Source: Schmidtea polychroa (taxonomy: Eukaryota). Taken from it: a stretch of 64,000 bases of DNA. Under the pieces are notes generated by a model. It was not told the DNA's origin. It searched no databases and worked only from the letters and a program-made list of their open reading frames with translations. Numbering within the stretch: the first letter of the stretch is position 1; each line of letters opens with the position of its first letter. A program made the translations under genes and the position numbers. Positions 15,010 to 27,930 of this stretch are shown here, in pieces. The stretch lies in assembly GCA_044892525.1 (NCBI GenBank), contig CM097885.1, positions 6,450,001 through 6,514,000 on the forward strand. The letters run 5' to 3'.

Positions 15010-16650
15010 TGCCACTGATCCGTATATACATATTATAAGAACTTTTTTTAATTTTCACTACCTCTACCAGTCGAATACCAAATCTCTCCATTGTATCTAC
15101 ATCCCCAATGAAATCTGGACGTATATCTTTGACAACTATAACATTAATAATTCTTTTTTTCCCATTCCAATCAGCTTCTATCGTCATTGCTCCTAACGGT
15201 CTTTCCATTCCCGTCGAAAATACTCCACAAAGAGAAATTGTGCTCTGCTTCAACCTCGGCTTCCCAATCTTTGTTCAACTTTTTTCACTCATAACTGATA
15301 CTGACGCTCCAGAGTCCCAAAGCATGTCAATTGCCGTCATGTTTATTACAATCTTACTCCACTTTCTTCTGTCTGTCGTCTCATACATCTTCTGCATCAT
15401 GTCTTCATTTCGCTTCTTTCTACTGATTATTGTGTCGACCCAACTGACGAAATGAAAGCAATGGGATCGTCATTGTTTTTTGGTTTATCCATTGATTTTT
15501 TTATCGTTTCTTCGTAATTACTGTATAAATCTTCTGTTAAATCACCATTATTTCTTTCGTGATCTTCTTCGGAAATATATGGCACTCTCTTCTGATATCC
15601 ATTTCTATTTTTAAGCAAAAAACAATCTCTGAATCCATGACCTTCTTTTCCACAGATTAGACATTTGTCTTTCATAGGACATTCAAAACGCCGGTGCCCT
15701 TTTTCTCCACAACAAAAACACTGACCTGGTGTCAGTTTCACTGGATGAGGCGAATCTCTTCCTTTGCTCTCATTAAATAACCTTCTTGCAATATCTTTAA
15801 GCGATACTGTAGGTATTCTTCTCTCTGGTTCTCCTGTCTCATATCGTCCTCTATACCGCTCATTTTCATTCTTGTCTTCATTTACAATTGGTACAAACCA
15901 ACCATTACCAGGTCTATTCCTCTCATGATTAATCTCTCGGTGTTCGTCGCGTTGATGTGCAATTGTCTTCACAATTGTTCTTTGGTCTCGTCTACCCTCG
16001 AATTTACCATTTTTCATCACTGATGCGTAAGAGTCTCTTCTTATGGCATCAATATTGAATTTATTGTCATTCGTCATCTCGATCTTCTCCTGAATTTTTG
16101 CCATATCCCTGGCATCTTCAAAACTTGTCACTTTCCCTGATAAGAATATTTCTTTTACTCTATCGTCTTTCGCTCGGTTTGAAATAATGTCTCGAACAAT
16201 CTGTTCATCAGACATTCCAGGGCTAAATACACTTTTAACTAAACTTCTTACTCGTATTTCGAAGACTTGGAATCTTTCATCTCTTTCTTGCTGAATTTGA
16301 GCTAGTTCCACAATCTTGTTAGTAATGGTTTTCCTTACTGCAAAAGTTTCTATAAACCACTCTTTTGCCATTTCATCGGTCATCTTCGCTATTTTCGACG
16401 CTTCCCATAACATCGATGCCGCATCTGTCAACAAAAGATCCAATGCGTCTACTAGACTTTGATCTTCTATTCTCAGCCATTCCATAATATCCTTTAGCCA
16501 AAGTTCGGCTTCAGATCCAACTTTTCCGTCAAACTTTCTTACATTAAAATTTAGCATCTCACGTGCTTGTTTTGACAAGGAATCTAACATATTCTTAGTT
16601 CCTTTCTTTTTCCAATCGCATTGATTTCCTTGGCGTGGTCGCCAGTTATG
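15010..16650 (-). mobile_element. Ty3/gypsy LTR retrotransposon 5' part: PBS, gag, disrupted aspartic protease
   Basis: PBS-like TGGCGACCACG on the minus strand near 16634-16644; gag ORF with zinc knuckles; downstream frame with LWDSGASVSVM protease motif and stops. Confidence 0.85.
15427..16590 (-). CDS. gag: Retrotransposon Gag (387 aa)
   Basis: VRKFDG..WL capsid-like start and two CX2CX4HX4C knuckles (CFCCGEKGHRRFEC, CLICGKEGHGFRDC). Confidence 0.88.
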   Translation of the reverse strand: MLDSLSKQAREMLNFNVRKFDGKVGSEAELWLKDIMEWLRIEDQSLVDALDLLLTDAASMLWEASKIAKMTDEMAKEWFIETFAVRKTITNKIVELAQIQQERDERFQVFEIRVRSLVKSVFSPGMSDEQIVRDIISNRAKDDRVKEIFLSGKVTSFEDARDMAKIQEKIEMTNDNKFNIDAIRRDSYASVMKNGKFEGRRDQRTIVKTIAHQRDEHREINHERNRPGNGWFVPIVNEDKNENERYRGRYETGEPERRIPTVSLKDIARRLFNESKGRDSPHPVKLTPGQCFCCGEKGHRRFECPMKDKCLICGKEGHGFRDCFLLKNRNGYQKRVPYISEEDHERNNGDLTEDLYSNYEETIKKSMDKPKNNDDPIAFISSVGSTQ

Positions 16651-17854
16651 ATGTCCTCAACTTCTAAATTCATAAAATCAATAAATCAATAATAAATGCA
16701 GTTAAAATATATTTTCCAAAAACACGCTAAAAACAATATTATTAAAACAAACAACTTTTCATAACTCACAATAATAATTAAAGTACAAAATTATTCCGAG
16801 GGAAACTGGTATAGGCGGATGCCAAACGATGAGACGAGTTCAAATATAATAAAATAAAATCTATGACGGTGTCGAAATAGGAAATAACTACCAAAATAAA
16901 AATGAACAATTTATTGGAAAACGCGAACAGTGTGAGAAACCAAAGTGATTAACAAAATTATTTAATTAAATCGCGTCAAATTGAGGGAATGAAGAAAGCC
17001 AAAGATAAAATTGAATCAGACAGTATTAAATAATTAGGCAAAATTACTATAAAAATAAATGAATTATCCGAAAGCCTGAAAACTTCAAATTGAAAACAAA
17101 TTAAGTTGGTGTAGGGAAGCATGGAGAGAAAGACACCAAAAAATGAAATATTAAATTTGATTGGTAAAAAATGTAATTACAGGGCTAGCATAAATTGAGA
17201 AGGCAAGTCAACAGATCTGTCAGGCGGTCGAAGAAACATTTAGCGAATTCAAATGGCAATTAGAAACAGTTTTGAACTGAGTGATAACCAAATTAATTTG
17301 AGTCTTTGTGTAATAGAAATGAGAGATCGTCATTGCAAATCTTATCCCAATGCCAGGATGCAAATTGTGTAGAAATAAAAGTGTCAATGAAATTGGAATT
17401 TTGGTATAAAATTGTGTAAACAAACAAGAATGTAACTGAGGTGATTTAGAATATAGATTATTAGGTTAGGTTTAAGTAAGGACATCGAGGAGTCAGATAT
17501 TGATACCGACTTATATAAATACCAAACATTTATAGGAATTCAATTACATATTCAACATTTCCAAAGTAGCCACGCCCATCAATGGCTACAAAGAAATAAA
17601 TAGGAATGAATTGAAATGACAATGAAGGATAAATATCGGATGCAATTAGATTTCGAGGTTGTTGTAGTGGAATTGAACAGGTAATTATAGAGAACCTACA
17701 CCTGGGCACATAGTTATGAATAAAAGACATAACAAATCACATAATAATAATTAAAGGGCCGAAATTATTTATCTAAACATTTATTTATATCATACAGCCG
17801 TCCTCAACAACGCTGACAGTTCTGTTCTGGATGTACCACAAATCCTTGCAAACA

Positions 17855-18309
17855 AAAGGTCATTTTATAGTGGAATGAAGAAAGAGAAAAGAAAAATGAT
17901 GACAAATGGTGCTGATGTAATAAAAATGAGAGCAAAGTATACTTAAACTTGAGAACGATTCCCATTCATCTTCAAAAGAGCAGGAAAACGTTTAAAGTGA
18001 ATGCTTTGCTCGAGGACTCAAGCTCAGTAATTTACATTAGTGGTCGAAATGTTGATGAACTGGGATTAGATAGAGAAGAAACAATTGTGCAGATGACCTT
18101 GCTGAGGAATGAATTTAGAGCACTTTCGGTAACGCACAAAGAGGTATAGGGTTACTTTATCTGCAACCCACCAGTTGATAAAAAGGATGCATATGGACTA
18201 TGAACTAGAACAGGAGTGAGCAAATACTTTTAAGCACGGGCCAAAATGAAATTTTCAAAATGTCTCCCGGGCCGGAGAACTATACCGCCTACGCTGTTCA
18301 CACGCGAAT
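17855..18309 (+). repeat. 455-bp near-identical direct duplication of 23399-23853 (BEL/Pao protease remnant plus hAT-like end)
   Basis: The two segments match base for base apart from a few substitutions; VNALLEDSSSVIYIS resembles the Pao aspartic protease motif. Confidence 0.9.
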
Positions 18310-19495
18310 GTTTTGGGTGGAGTTTTTTTCCTGCCCAAGAAATTGTCTAACTTGGGTGTACATGCGAACAATTTGTGCCAGTAAAATATGTGGATATTAA
18401 TTATATTAAATTAATGATCATTAAATAAAACAGTTAATGACAGATTTTATTTTGTTATTTATTTATATCTTAATGATACAAAATATTTAATATTGATACA
18501 TAGTTATTACATTTTTATGTTTATATTGCATTTTGTAAATAGAAAAGACAAACATCAAACGTTAAAATAGAATACTTATAGTTAATGCGAAACGTGATCT
18601 TAAAAGAAATGACGACGAGTATGTGACCAGTGCTAAATCAAAATAAACAGTACGCGTGCTGTGACCTGTCATCCCTTGAAGAGTACACGTTCAATTTTAT
18701 GTAGTCAGCCAACCACGCGCTTTGTGAATATGTTGCATACATTAAAATTTTTTCTGTTCAAAATTATATTACTGTCTATTATTTACATGTACACTACGCA
18801 CACTAAAACTGTTGATTTCAATAAAAACGTATGAAAGAGATTTAAAAAATTGCATGAGGGATTTTTCAACGGGCCGGATGAAATAAGCAAAAAGCCGGAT
18901 ACGCCTGCGGACTGGCTTATGCCCACCCCTGAACTAGAATATGTAAAGGAATACTCAGATCCATTTAAGTATTTCACTTCAGCTTGTTCATGTAAATAAT
19001 AATATTAAAATGATGAAAGGAAATGACGAGATCAAGAGCCCTTAGAGCTCGATGAACAACTCAATATTTCCCTATCCCTAGGCAGCACGTAATTCCCTGT
19101 ACCCAATCGCCTTCACCCTAAACTCTTAGATACAAATCCCACCACTTGATTTAGAAGTTACTGTTAAAAACAAAGGAATATGAAAAGATTGACATTTGTT
19201 TCAAAAAATTCCTCATTTGTCACAATCGAGGTATTTTTAGCAAATTTGTCTACTGATAAATTTATCAGTAGATAATATTTTCTGAAATGTTTATTATCCA
19301 TTTGTTAAAAACGTTCATATAGCTAATTCAACACGGCTCCAAAGAAGGATTTACACGTATAAATAACCCAGTTGATAACCAATAACCATTCAACTCATTC
19401 AATCAAAACAATGAATAAATAAATTTCAAATCGAAAGATCAGAAAACATCTCTAAAACTATTTTTACCAAAAAAACACGAATAAATCTCATTAAA

Positions 19496-19992
19496 TCATG
19501 AGGCTGGCTCCTGCAAAACTGATTTTAATCCGGCCTTTTTCAATTCTTCCACAATCGCACCAGATTTGTGCAACTCCAGCATGATGTCGCAACCACCTAT
19601 AAATTCACCATTGATAAAAACCTGAGGAATCGTTAGCCAATTTGAATATGCTTTAACTCCTGCTCAGATGTCTTCATTTTCAAGAACATTTATAGATCGA
19701 TATCGTTTAATCTCATGCATTTGAAGAATAACTGCATTACTAAATCCACATGCTGGCTCCTCGGGAGTACCTTTGATAAATATAACCAATGAGTCAGATT
19801 TGACCATATCATTGATATTATGGTGAATGTCTTCTTTGGAACAGAATTTTGCCGAAAAAACTAAATTAGATCCATTTTGAAAAATATTCTAAATGAAATT
19901 ATTATTAATAATCCTTTTACAAATGGAATGACAACTTTGCTGAGAGTGTTAAATGTTGGTGACTTGATTAAATTGAGAGCTCTACTAAGCAT
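19496..19992 (-). pseudogene. GLRX5: Mitochondrial monothiol glutaredoxin 5, probable pseudogene
   Basis: Manual translation gives [37 protein letters not shown] and an N-terminal targeting-like exon with a 32-nt intron. In-frame TGA at 19664-19666 replaces the conserved Arg; WPTIPQ is WLTIPQ. Confidence 0.88.
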
Positions 19993-20190
19993 TAAAATAA
20001 AAAAAAATCACGATATATTAAAATTTTAAAAATTTTAAACTTTAAAACAATTAGAAAAAGTTCATTTGTGTTTTCTATAATATTTAGGTTTTTTAAAATT
20101 TATGATAAATAAACAAATAACATAAAAATTAAGCTTTAAATTAAAATAAATTATTAAATTAAAATTTTGTTTATAAAATATTTACAAAAA

Positions 20191-20782
20191 ATGAGTGGTA
20201 TTCAAGGTTTTTAATATTTTATTTTAACTATTTAATTAATATTTCAATTTAGATTCAATCAATTCTATTCAAGTAAAAAGGTTTATTAAATTGTATTAAT
20301 TATAATTATTGTTTAAGAATTTTACAATGGAAACTATTCCTTGCGCAATAAAAGAGTTAGTTTCAACTGATTTAATCGGTGATTCGTTGGTTAGAAATAA
20401 TGTAGAATTAAATTCGGTCAGTTCAATTTAAGACATTCAAATTTCTTTATTCCTTCAATTGATTTAGGTTTCCATTGTTGGTATTATTATATCTAAAACC
20501 CCTTCAGAAGAATCTACAAAATTTACAGTTAGTGATGGTTGTGGGTCTAGTATTGTTGTCAATACACCTCATGTAGCTCAAGTATATTTTCTACATCGTA
20601 AATATTTACATAATTTAAATAAATATTTACATAGAATATTGATCAGTTCGGTTTAAATCAATATGCGAAATTTATTGGAAAAGTTAAAACAATCGATGAA
20701 ACTAAATGTCTAGATTCTACCGAAATATTACCGATGACTTTAAATGAAGTAACGCAGCACAACCAGAGCGTTATTAATGAAT
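20191..20782 (+). CDS. RPA2: RPA2/RPA32-like OB-fold gene, multi-exon, 3' end apparently lost
   Basis: Exons translate to TIPCAIKEL..NVELNS/VSIVGII..KFTVSDG..YAKFIGKVK..EILPMTLNEVTQH, following the RPA32 OB-fold pattern. A splice donor at 20783 is followed by unrelated pPolB sequence. Confidence 0.7.
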
Positions 20783-20799
20783 GTAAGATTTTATTAAAA

Positions 20800-21600
20800 A
20801 AAAAATAATAATACTTGTGCATGTCTATTTCCCATTATAAAACTTATTCATCCTCTAATATTATTTGTATCAAGAGGAGCGCGTTGACGTATATTAATAA
20901 TTCGAATTCAAATCCTGAAGTATACGATTCCGAATCCCAAAACATGCTTGGTAAAGGAATGCAATTATATGGGCTTAATTCAAATCCTTCTATAAAACTC
21001 TCAAAACAATCTGCATGAATATAAACATCCAATTATGAGTATTCATCGCTATATTCTCCTAGATTTTTACATGTGAAAAATTATTGAAAAGCGCTTTCAT
21101 ACTCTTCAGGTCTTTTATCCGACATGTTTAGTATTGAATGGAATAAATCTATTGATGGTAATTCCCTTTTTAATAGATATCCCATGAATCTACAAAGTCA
21201 TATGATAAATTCATTTTCGTAAACAAGTCTTGTAGTCTTGCTAATGAATTATATACTTGTTCCAAACATTATTCATTGTATTGACAAAGTCTTTTAATGT
21301 AAAGTTCTTGGATATTCCATCTAAACTTGATACAGTGAATCAATGAATTTTAAACATCCAAAGTCAAAACATTTATACTTTTCTTTTGTTTTATCTATAA
21401 CCTTGAAAATATTCTTGGCATTCTCTGATAACTTTTTTATGAAAAAATGTCCATCATGTCCAAATAGATTATGGAATATTATTGGAATGAATTTAAGCGA
21501 TTTACTATTAATATTACAAGTTGAATGAGCAGATTCTCTATACAGAAATGATCATGATTTATAACCCTGTCAGTGATGATATGTTTCACAAATTGTCATT
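20800..21600 (-). pseudogene. Degraded Polinton pPolB fragment related to element B
   Basis: SAHSTCNI..FIPIIFHNLFGHDGHFFIK..KFIDS and DVYIHADCFE match element B pPolB motifs; multiple stops. Confidence 0.85.
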
Positions 21601-21829
21601 CTCTAATGCAGTGGTTCTCAATTAATATAAAACCGCGGAACACCATTCATATGATTTTTTATGCGGAACACTGACAAAAAATACTTGCCTACAATCAGTG
21701 ACCAATCACATATTACTATAAATCTGTCATAAACGTAAACAATGCCTTCTGATAAGCAAAGAAAATACCACGCGCAACAATAACAAGCAATAAAAACACT
21801 TTTATATCTGTGTAACGGCTTTCTTATTG

Positions 21830-22275
21830 AATCATCTTATAAAATAATTAATTGAGGTTTTTGATGATTTGTATCTTAAATGCAAATTTAAAGATAAAAT
21901 GTAATTTATAATTACTGTTAGCATTATTAATGTAACGATGAATTTATTATCATTGAACCATGATTCCCTACTTTCTATTCCTATTGCCTCATGGAATGTC
22001 ATACCCAAGTGAATATTCATATTTTATGTACAACCTTTTCTAATATGGTTTGAGCCATATTCCCTCTCCTAGTTTGATAATTTCTACTACATTTTCTTGT
22101 CCTAATCATTTTAGGAAGCTATCATCTTTGGGTTGGGTTATTCCTCTTAAATATTTTGTAATAGATTTCAATTGATCTTTCTCTAAAAGTTTATTACCAT
22201 CTCCTTTTATTACATCTGGTTCTGCTTGAACTTTCTCTTTATCAAGCTTTTGGGCTTCCTTAATATTTTTAATGA
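21830..22275 (-). pseudogene. Polinton structural-gene remnant (pX-like C-terminus)
   Basis: KEAQKLDKEKVQAE..GEGIWLKPY resembles KESQKTDLEKEKLQTE..GKGLYLKP of 52625-53164. Confidence 0.5.
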
Positions 22276-22399
22276 TATGCGATTATAATTAATTTGTCTT
22301 TAAAATGATGACATGCATGCACAACATAAAAAATATTTAAAGGGAATCTACACCTTTATTCGGTTTCACCATTAAAAGATAAAATGCAAATATTTGTAA

Positions 22400-23755
22400 G
22401 AAAGAAAATTTCTTTGGAAATAAAATTGAGTGATGAAATTGAAAATGTGATGGCCAAAATCCAAGAAAAAGAAGTAATTCCTTAAGGGCTGCAAAGTTTC
22501 AATTTATGCTGACAGGCAATTAGAAGGACGAGGAGAATTATTGGATTACAATCTTTGCAATGAGTTGTCTATTCATTTGGATTGTGTTTAAAAGGAGGTG
22601 GTAATGGTAATGAGATGTACAAGAATTTATGGACTCGGTGGCGTTCCCAAAAATGGAGTGCAACTCGAGCGCGTAATTAATTGTTGGCAGAAATAGTTGC
22701 AAATATAATGAACACAATCGTAACCTATGAAAAAGAGTTTGAAGAGACATTGGACGAATGACGAAGACTCGTCGAGTTATGTGAAAAATTGAATAAGAAG
22801 GAAGAAATAGATTTTGTTGAAAAAGAGATTTGTGAGATCGAAATGAAGAACTACATAGATTAATGCAAAAAAGAACAGAACGAAGTCTTGTGAGCGAAAG
22901 TCAAAAACATCGGAATCTGAATCAACCATGGGGAAGAAAACTTTAAATAGATTGCAGAAGTTAGATATTCCAATTTTTGATGGAAAGGTACAGATTGACC
23001 AAGCAGATAGAAGACAAAATGATACATTTAAGACAGCATCTAGCAGGCGAACCACTTCATGTAATCGAAATAATATAAAATGACAAAAGAAAAATTGAAT
23101 CGGCGTTATGGTGGAGAAGAAAGAAGTTATTTAATAATGCTAACAGTAATTATAACGTTTAGACCAGTGCGAGAAGGAGAAATGAAAAATCTTGACGTTT
23201 TTGTTGGTTTATTGGAATTTTTTTTTCGTGCTATTAGTAGAGACAGTCTTCTACAGCAGTGATTGAAGAAGTAAAAGACAACAAAGGAACAACGAATTAT
23301 GAAATCAAAAAAGGAAATTTAACTATAAAGTTTCAGTTTGTAAAATGCAAAGGGCCACACTACCTGGATCAGTATGAAAATTTAAAAGTGGTGGATAGAA
23401 AGGTCATTTTATAGTGGAATGAAGAAAGAGAAAAGAAAAATGATGACAAATGGTGCTGATGTAATAAAAATGAGAGCAAAGTATACTTAAACTTGAGAAC
23501 GATTCCCATTCATCTTCAAAAGAGCAGGAAAACGTTTAAAGTGAATGCTTTGCTCGAGGACTCAAGCTCAGTAATTTACATTAGTGGTCGAAATGTTGAT
23601 GAACTGGGATTAGATAGAGAAGAAACAATTGTGCAGATGACCTTGCTGAGGAATGAATTTAGAGCACTTTCGGTAACGCACAAAGGGGTATAGGGTTACT
23701 TTATCTGCAACCCACCAGTTGATAAAAAGGATGCATATGGACTATGAACTAGAAC
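22400..23755 (+). mobile_element. Degraded BEL/Pao LTR retrotransposon gag-protease region
   Basis: LQKLDIPIFDG, LNRRYG and decayed Cys/His knuckle and protease motifs in broken frames. Confidence 0.6.
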
Positions 23756-23853
23756 AGGAGTGAGCAAATACTTTTAAGCACGGGCCAAAATGAAATTTCC
23801 AAAATGTCTCCCGGGCCGGAGAACTATACCGCCTACGCTGTTCACACACGAAT

Positions 23854-24907
23854 CCACCAGGATCTAGATGTTCTTTAACTCTTTGGTGCAAGGTCCTGAG
23901 GGTACTTCCAATGTAGATTTCATTGCATACATTGCACGTGATGCAATAGACGATGTTTTTTCTAAAGCACATATCTTTTGGTGTCTGGCAGTTTTTCATT
24001 GTGCAATTGTTTTCTCTATTTATGTTGCCTGCCAGAGCCCTTCTCAATGTCCAAGATTTATGTGCGTTCCGAATTGGAAGGCAGGTGCGTTTAAGTTCTT
24101 TCAGGATCTTGAAGTCGAGTATGTCAATGATGAATGGGATATTCAGATAGAAATATTTCTGATTCTTTTGTGTTAATTCCCTAGATCTTCTTGCGGTAGA
24201 ATTCATTCTTTCAATGTCCTCACCTTGGTATCCGTTTCTGTGTAGGATTTTATTGAAATTTGATTGCTCTTTAAAGTTTTCGTTTTTCTCCGTGCATCGA
24301 TTGGCTATTCTTCGTTTCTCGTTTCTTATGACATGTACTTTCTGTAAGTATGGAAGCGCTGATCTTTGGTGCATAAATATTTCTTTGCGAGCTGGTTTTC
24401 TGTAGAACCCGTATGTTGGAGTATTTCCTTCTATTTTGATTCTCAAATCTAATAAATTGAGGGATCCATCTTCTTCTGGATTTTCGATTTCGAACTTAAT
24501 ATCTTGATGAGCCGCATTGAATGTATGAAATATTTCCTCCGCTTCTTTTCTGTTTTTGGTCGTGATGAAGATATCATCTACATATCTTGCATAGAAACCA
24601 ATGGGTTGTATGGTCCTCAGTGTCTGTCGTTCGAGGTTATCCATAAAGATGATTGCTAGCAGTCCTGATATGCTAGAACCCATAGGCAGACCTTTAACTT
24701 GTTTATTTTGCTCAAAGGTAAAATAGGTGTTCTCGAGGATAACAGTAAGTAGTGATATTCTCGATATTCATTTCCTTTAACATTTCTTTTCTAAACATTG
24801 AATAGCATCTTTTGGATCGATAGATGTGTATAGTGATACGACATCAAGACTGAATGGGTATTTGAATTCTCTATGACAAGTCATGTTATTATTTAATCTT
24901 GTCATGA
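23854..24907 (-). mobile_element. Penelope-like retroelement (RT plus GIY-YIG endonuclease), truncated
   Basis: SLDVVSLYT, MGSSISG, RYVDDIF, LLDL, YRKP and IVYCITCNVCNEIYIGST..RVKEH motifs in and upstream of ORF 23742-24683. Confidence 0.92.
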
Positions 24908-25403
24908 GTTAGTTTCAGCTAATCTAATCGGTGATTCGTTGGTTAGTATAAATAAAGTCAAATTAAATTCGGTCAGTTCAATTTAGGACATTCAAATTTC
25001 TTTATTCCCTCAATTGATTTAGGTTTCCATTGTTGGTTTTATTACATCTAAAGAAGATAAAGGAAACTCTACAGTTTACAGTTAGTGATGGTTGTGGGTC
25101 TAGTATTATTGTTAATCAATTTAACGAACAAACAGTATATTTTCTACATCGTAAATATTTACATAATTTAAACTAATATATACATGGAACAATGATCATC
25201 CGTTCGTTGTAAATATACATGTGAAATTTATTGGACAAGTTAAAAGAAGAAATGAAACTAATTTTCTAGATTCTATCAAAATATTACCGATAAATTGTTT
25301 CAATGAAGTAACGCAGCACAACCATAGCGTTATTCATTCCCAGAAAACAATTACTCAATCGAATTTCATAGAGAACACAGACAACATTTTATTTTTAATT
25401 TAA
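24908..25403 (+). pseudogene. Second, diverged RPA2-like copy lacking its 5' exons
   Basis: Exon and intron sequence is clearly homologous to 20355-20775; 5' end abuts the Penelope-like element. Confidence 0.72.
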
Positions 25404-26129
25404 AATTTCATTTATTATATTTATTTCTATTTATATCATTTTTAATATTATTATTTTTTTAATGATATATTTTTATATTTTATTATTATAATTTTTTATT
25501 GTATTTATTTTATTTTTAATATTAAAATTATTTAATTAATATTACTTTTATTATTTTCATTGGTTATTATTATTCTTAATATTAATATTTATTTTATTAA
25601 TTTTATTAAAAATAATCCTTACCAAGAAATTGAAATTGATATTATTGAAATTATACTTTGAAATTTGTTGATTCGGTAGTTAATTAACATTCCCCCTCCC
25701 ATATCCATTGATAACATTTGAACTTTTTTTCGAGATAGAAAGAGACATAATGCAGAGCTATCCCGGGAAATCGAATTAAAATAAAAATAAACTAAATAAA
25801 ATGAATTCAACTTTTTCTCAACACAGACTTAACAACAAATTATTTATTAGCATTATGAAAATAATATCAAAATGAAATGGAAATATATTTGATAATTCAC
25901 GAAGACATATTTTGCCCTAGAAGTATACATATATTACAATATGAAAAGCTATTTCTGTTACCCACCGTAATTATTATTATGTAATTATTCAATGTGGTAA
26001 ATTTAAACTTTTACAATGACTTACAATTTTGATCGACATGACATTTTTATTTCAATGTTATCTGAAATCATATTTTGTTTATCGAACGATGTATAATTTA
26101 TATATTGAAATTATTTTGACAATTTTATT

Positions 26130-27930
26130 GTGTATAATAATTTCTTTTCTAAATATGCCAGAAATATTGAAGCCATTGTTGGTGCTAAGGGTGAACCCAT
26201 AGCAACTCCATCAATTTGTTCATACTATTCATTATTAAATAGAAAATTAACTTTGGAAGTTGCAAACTCTAAAAGCTTCCTAAATGCATTTCCATCACAC
26301 ATATTATGCGCAATAATATTTTCATTCCATAATTCTCAACATAATTCGATTGTTTCTTTCAACGGGACATTAGTAGATAAACTACATACATCAAACGAAA
26401 CCATATACTCATTAACATTATTTTTATTCAATTGTCCTATACATGATGCAAATTCGAAAATATCCTTACATTCAAACTCAAATTTTATTAAGGGTTTTAA
26501 TAATTCATCCAAATACTTTGCTATTTTATACTGAGCTGTTCCGACCATAGATAAAACAGGTCTCATAGGAACTCCGTCTTTATGCACTTTTGGAAGTCCG
26601 TATAATTTAGCTGGCTGTGAACATTTTGCATGAATTAATTTTGCTACCTCTTCATCAATATGATTATTCATAACCAAATCACACAACATAGTATTCAAAA
26701 TCACTTCATCCTTTAGAGGGGGTATTAATTAGATATCTTTATTTGAAAGACAATCACTAAGCTTCATTTTAAAAATGAAGCAAGGAATTATCCTTTCCTC
26801 GACACAAGTTTCAAGAAAACAAATATCCAATTCTTTCTAAGTGCACAATATGCCTTCATGAGTCTTTTGAATATTAGAACAGCCAAAGTATCATTTTTAA
26901 ATAAATACTCAAATAAGCTCGATAAAGATTTTATTAATAAAAATCGCCATGCGTACATGTTTTTCACTATATATATGCTTCTTTTCAATATGAAAAACCA
27001 AGTGTATATAAAAAGTATGTTGATGATATTTTTCAAATATTTAAAAATAAGGAACATGTGAAACCTTTTTTGAATTACATGAATGGATTGCAATAAAACA
27101 TTTAATTTACATGTGAAACTGAGAAGGATTCATCCATAGCATTTCTTGACTTGTTAATTAAACGCAAAGATGAACAATGAGACAGAAATTTACAGAAAAC
27201 CAACAGATACCGGCCTCTATACTACCCCAGAGTTTTTGTGAGTTTAAATATAAAAGAAACATGGCGAAAGGATTGGTTTATAGATCATGGTGCTTATCTT
27301 CCACTTTTAAAAATTCAGTAAAAAGTGTAGATAAATAAGTTGAATTACTGGTGAAGAATGGCTACTCAAAACGGTTTTTATTGTTAACGTTGAAAGAGAC
27401 TGCTGGTAAATGTATGAATAATGCTAAGGATCGTATTATGAATGAATGTAAATTGACTGATATCTCGAATGATGTAGTGAATATTAGTATTGATATTAAC
27501 AAACAAGATGAGCCAAAATATACGATGGTATTGCCGTATTCTGAAGGATATAAAGATTTCAAAAGTAAGATTGATAAACAGCTGGGTACATTGAATGATA
27601 GAATTGTTTCAAAATCGTACGAAGTACGTAGTATGTTAGTATATCTCAAACGCCGGTTGGATTGTGTTCGGATCTCGTTTATCAATTCACATGTAATGGG
27701 TGTAATGCCACATACATTGGAGAGACTTCCCGTCATCTTTGTACTCGAGTTCAAAAACACTGTCGACCGAAGGGAGTGTCCAACATTAAGGGTCACAATA
27801 AAGTCTGTATGAGAGCATTAGGAATGTCTGATTTTAAAATCTTATCAAAAAACTTTGATAATTGTTTTGAGCGTGTGATATGTGAAGCATTATTTATAAG
27901 AACTTGTTATTTAAACAAATATATTAGATA
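26130..27930. mobile_element. Penelope-like element with inverted 5' part (26130-26720 minus; about 26990-27930 plus)
   Basis: Minus: LYGLPKVHK..RPVLS, SFDVCSL, MGSPLAP. Plus: YVDDIF, FLDL, YRKPT, LVYQFTCNGCNATYIGETSRHL. Frameshifted. Confidence 0.88.

Noticed and set aside
23742..23853. C-terminal extension of the Penelope ORF
   Set aside because: Read-through into unrelated duplicated sequence beyond the element breakpoint.
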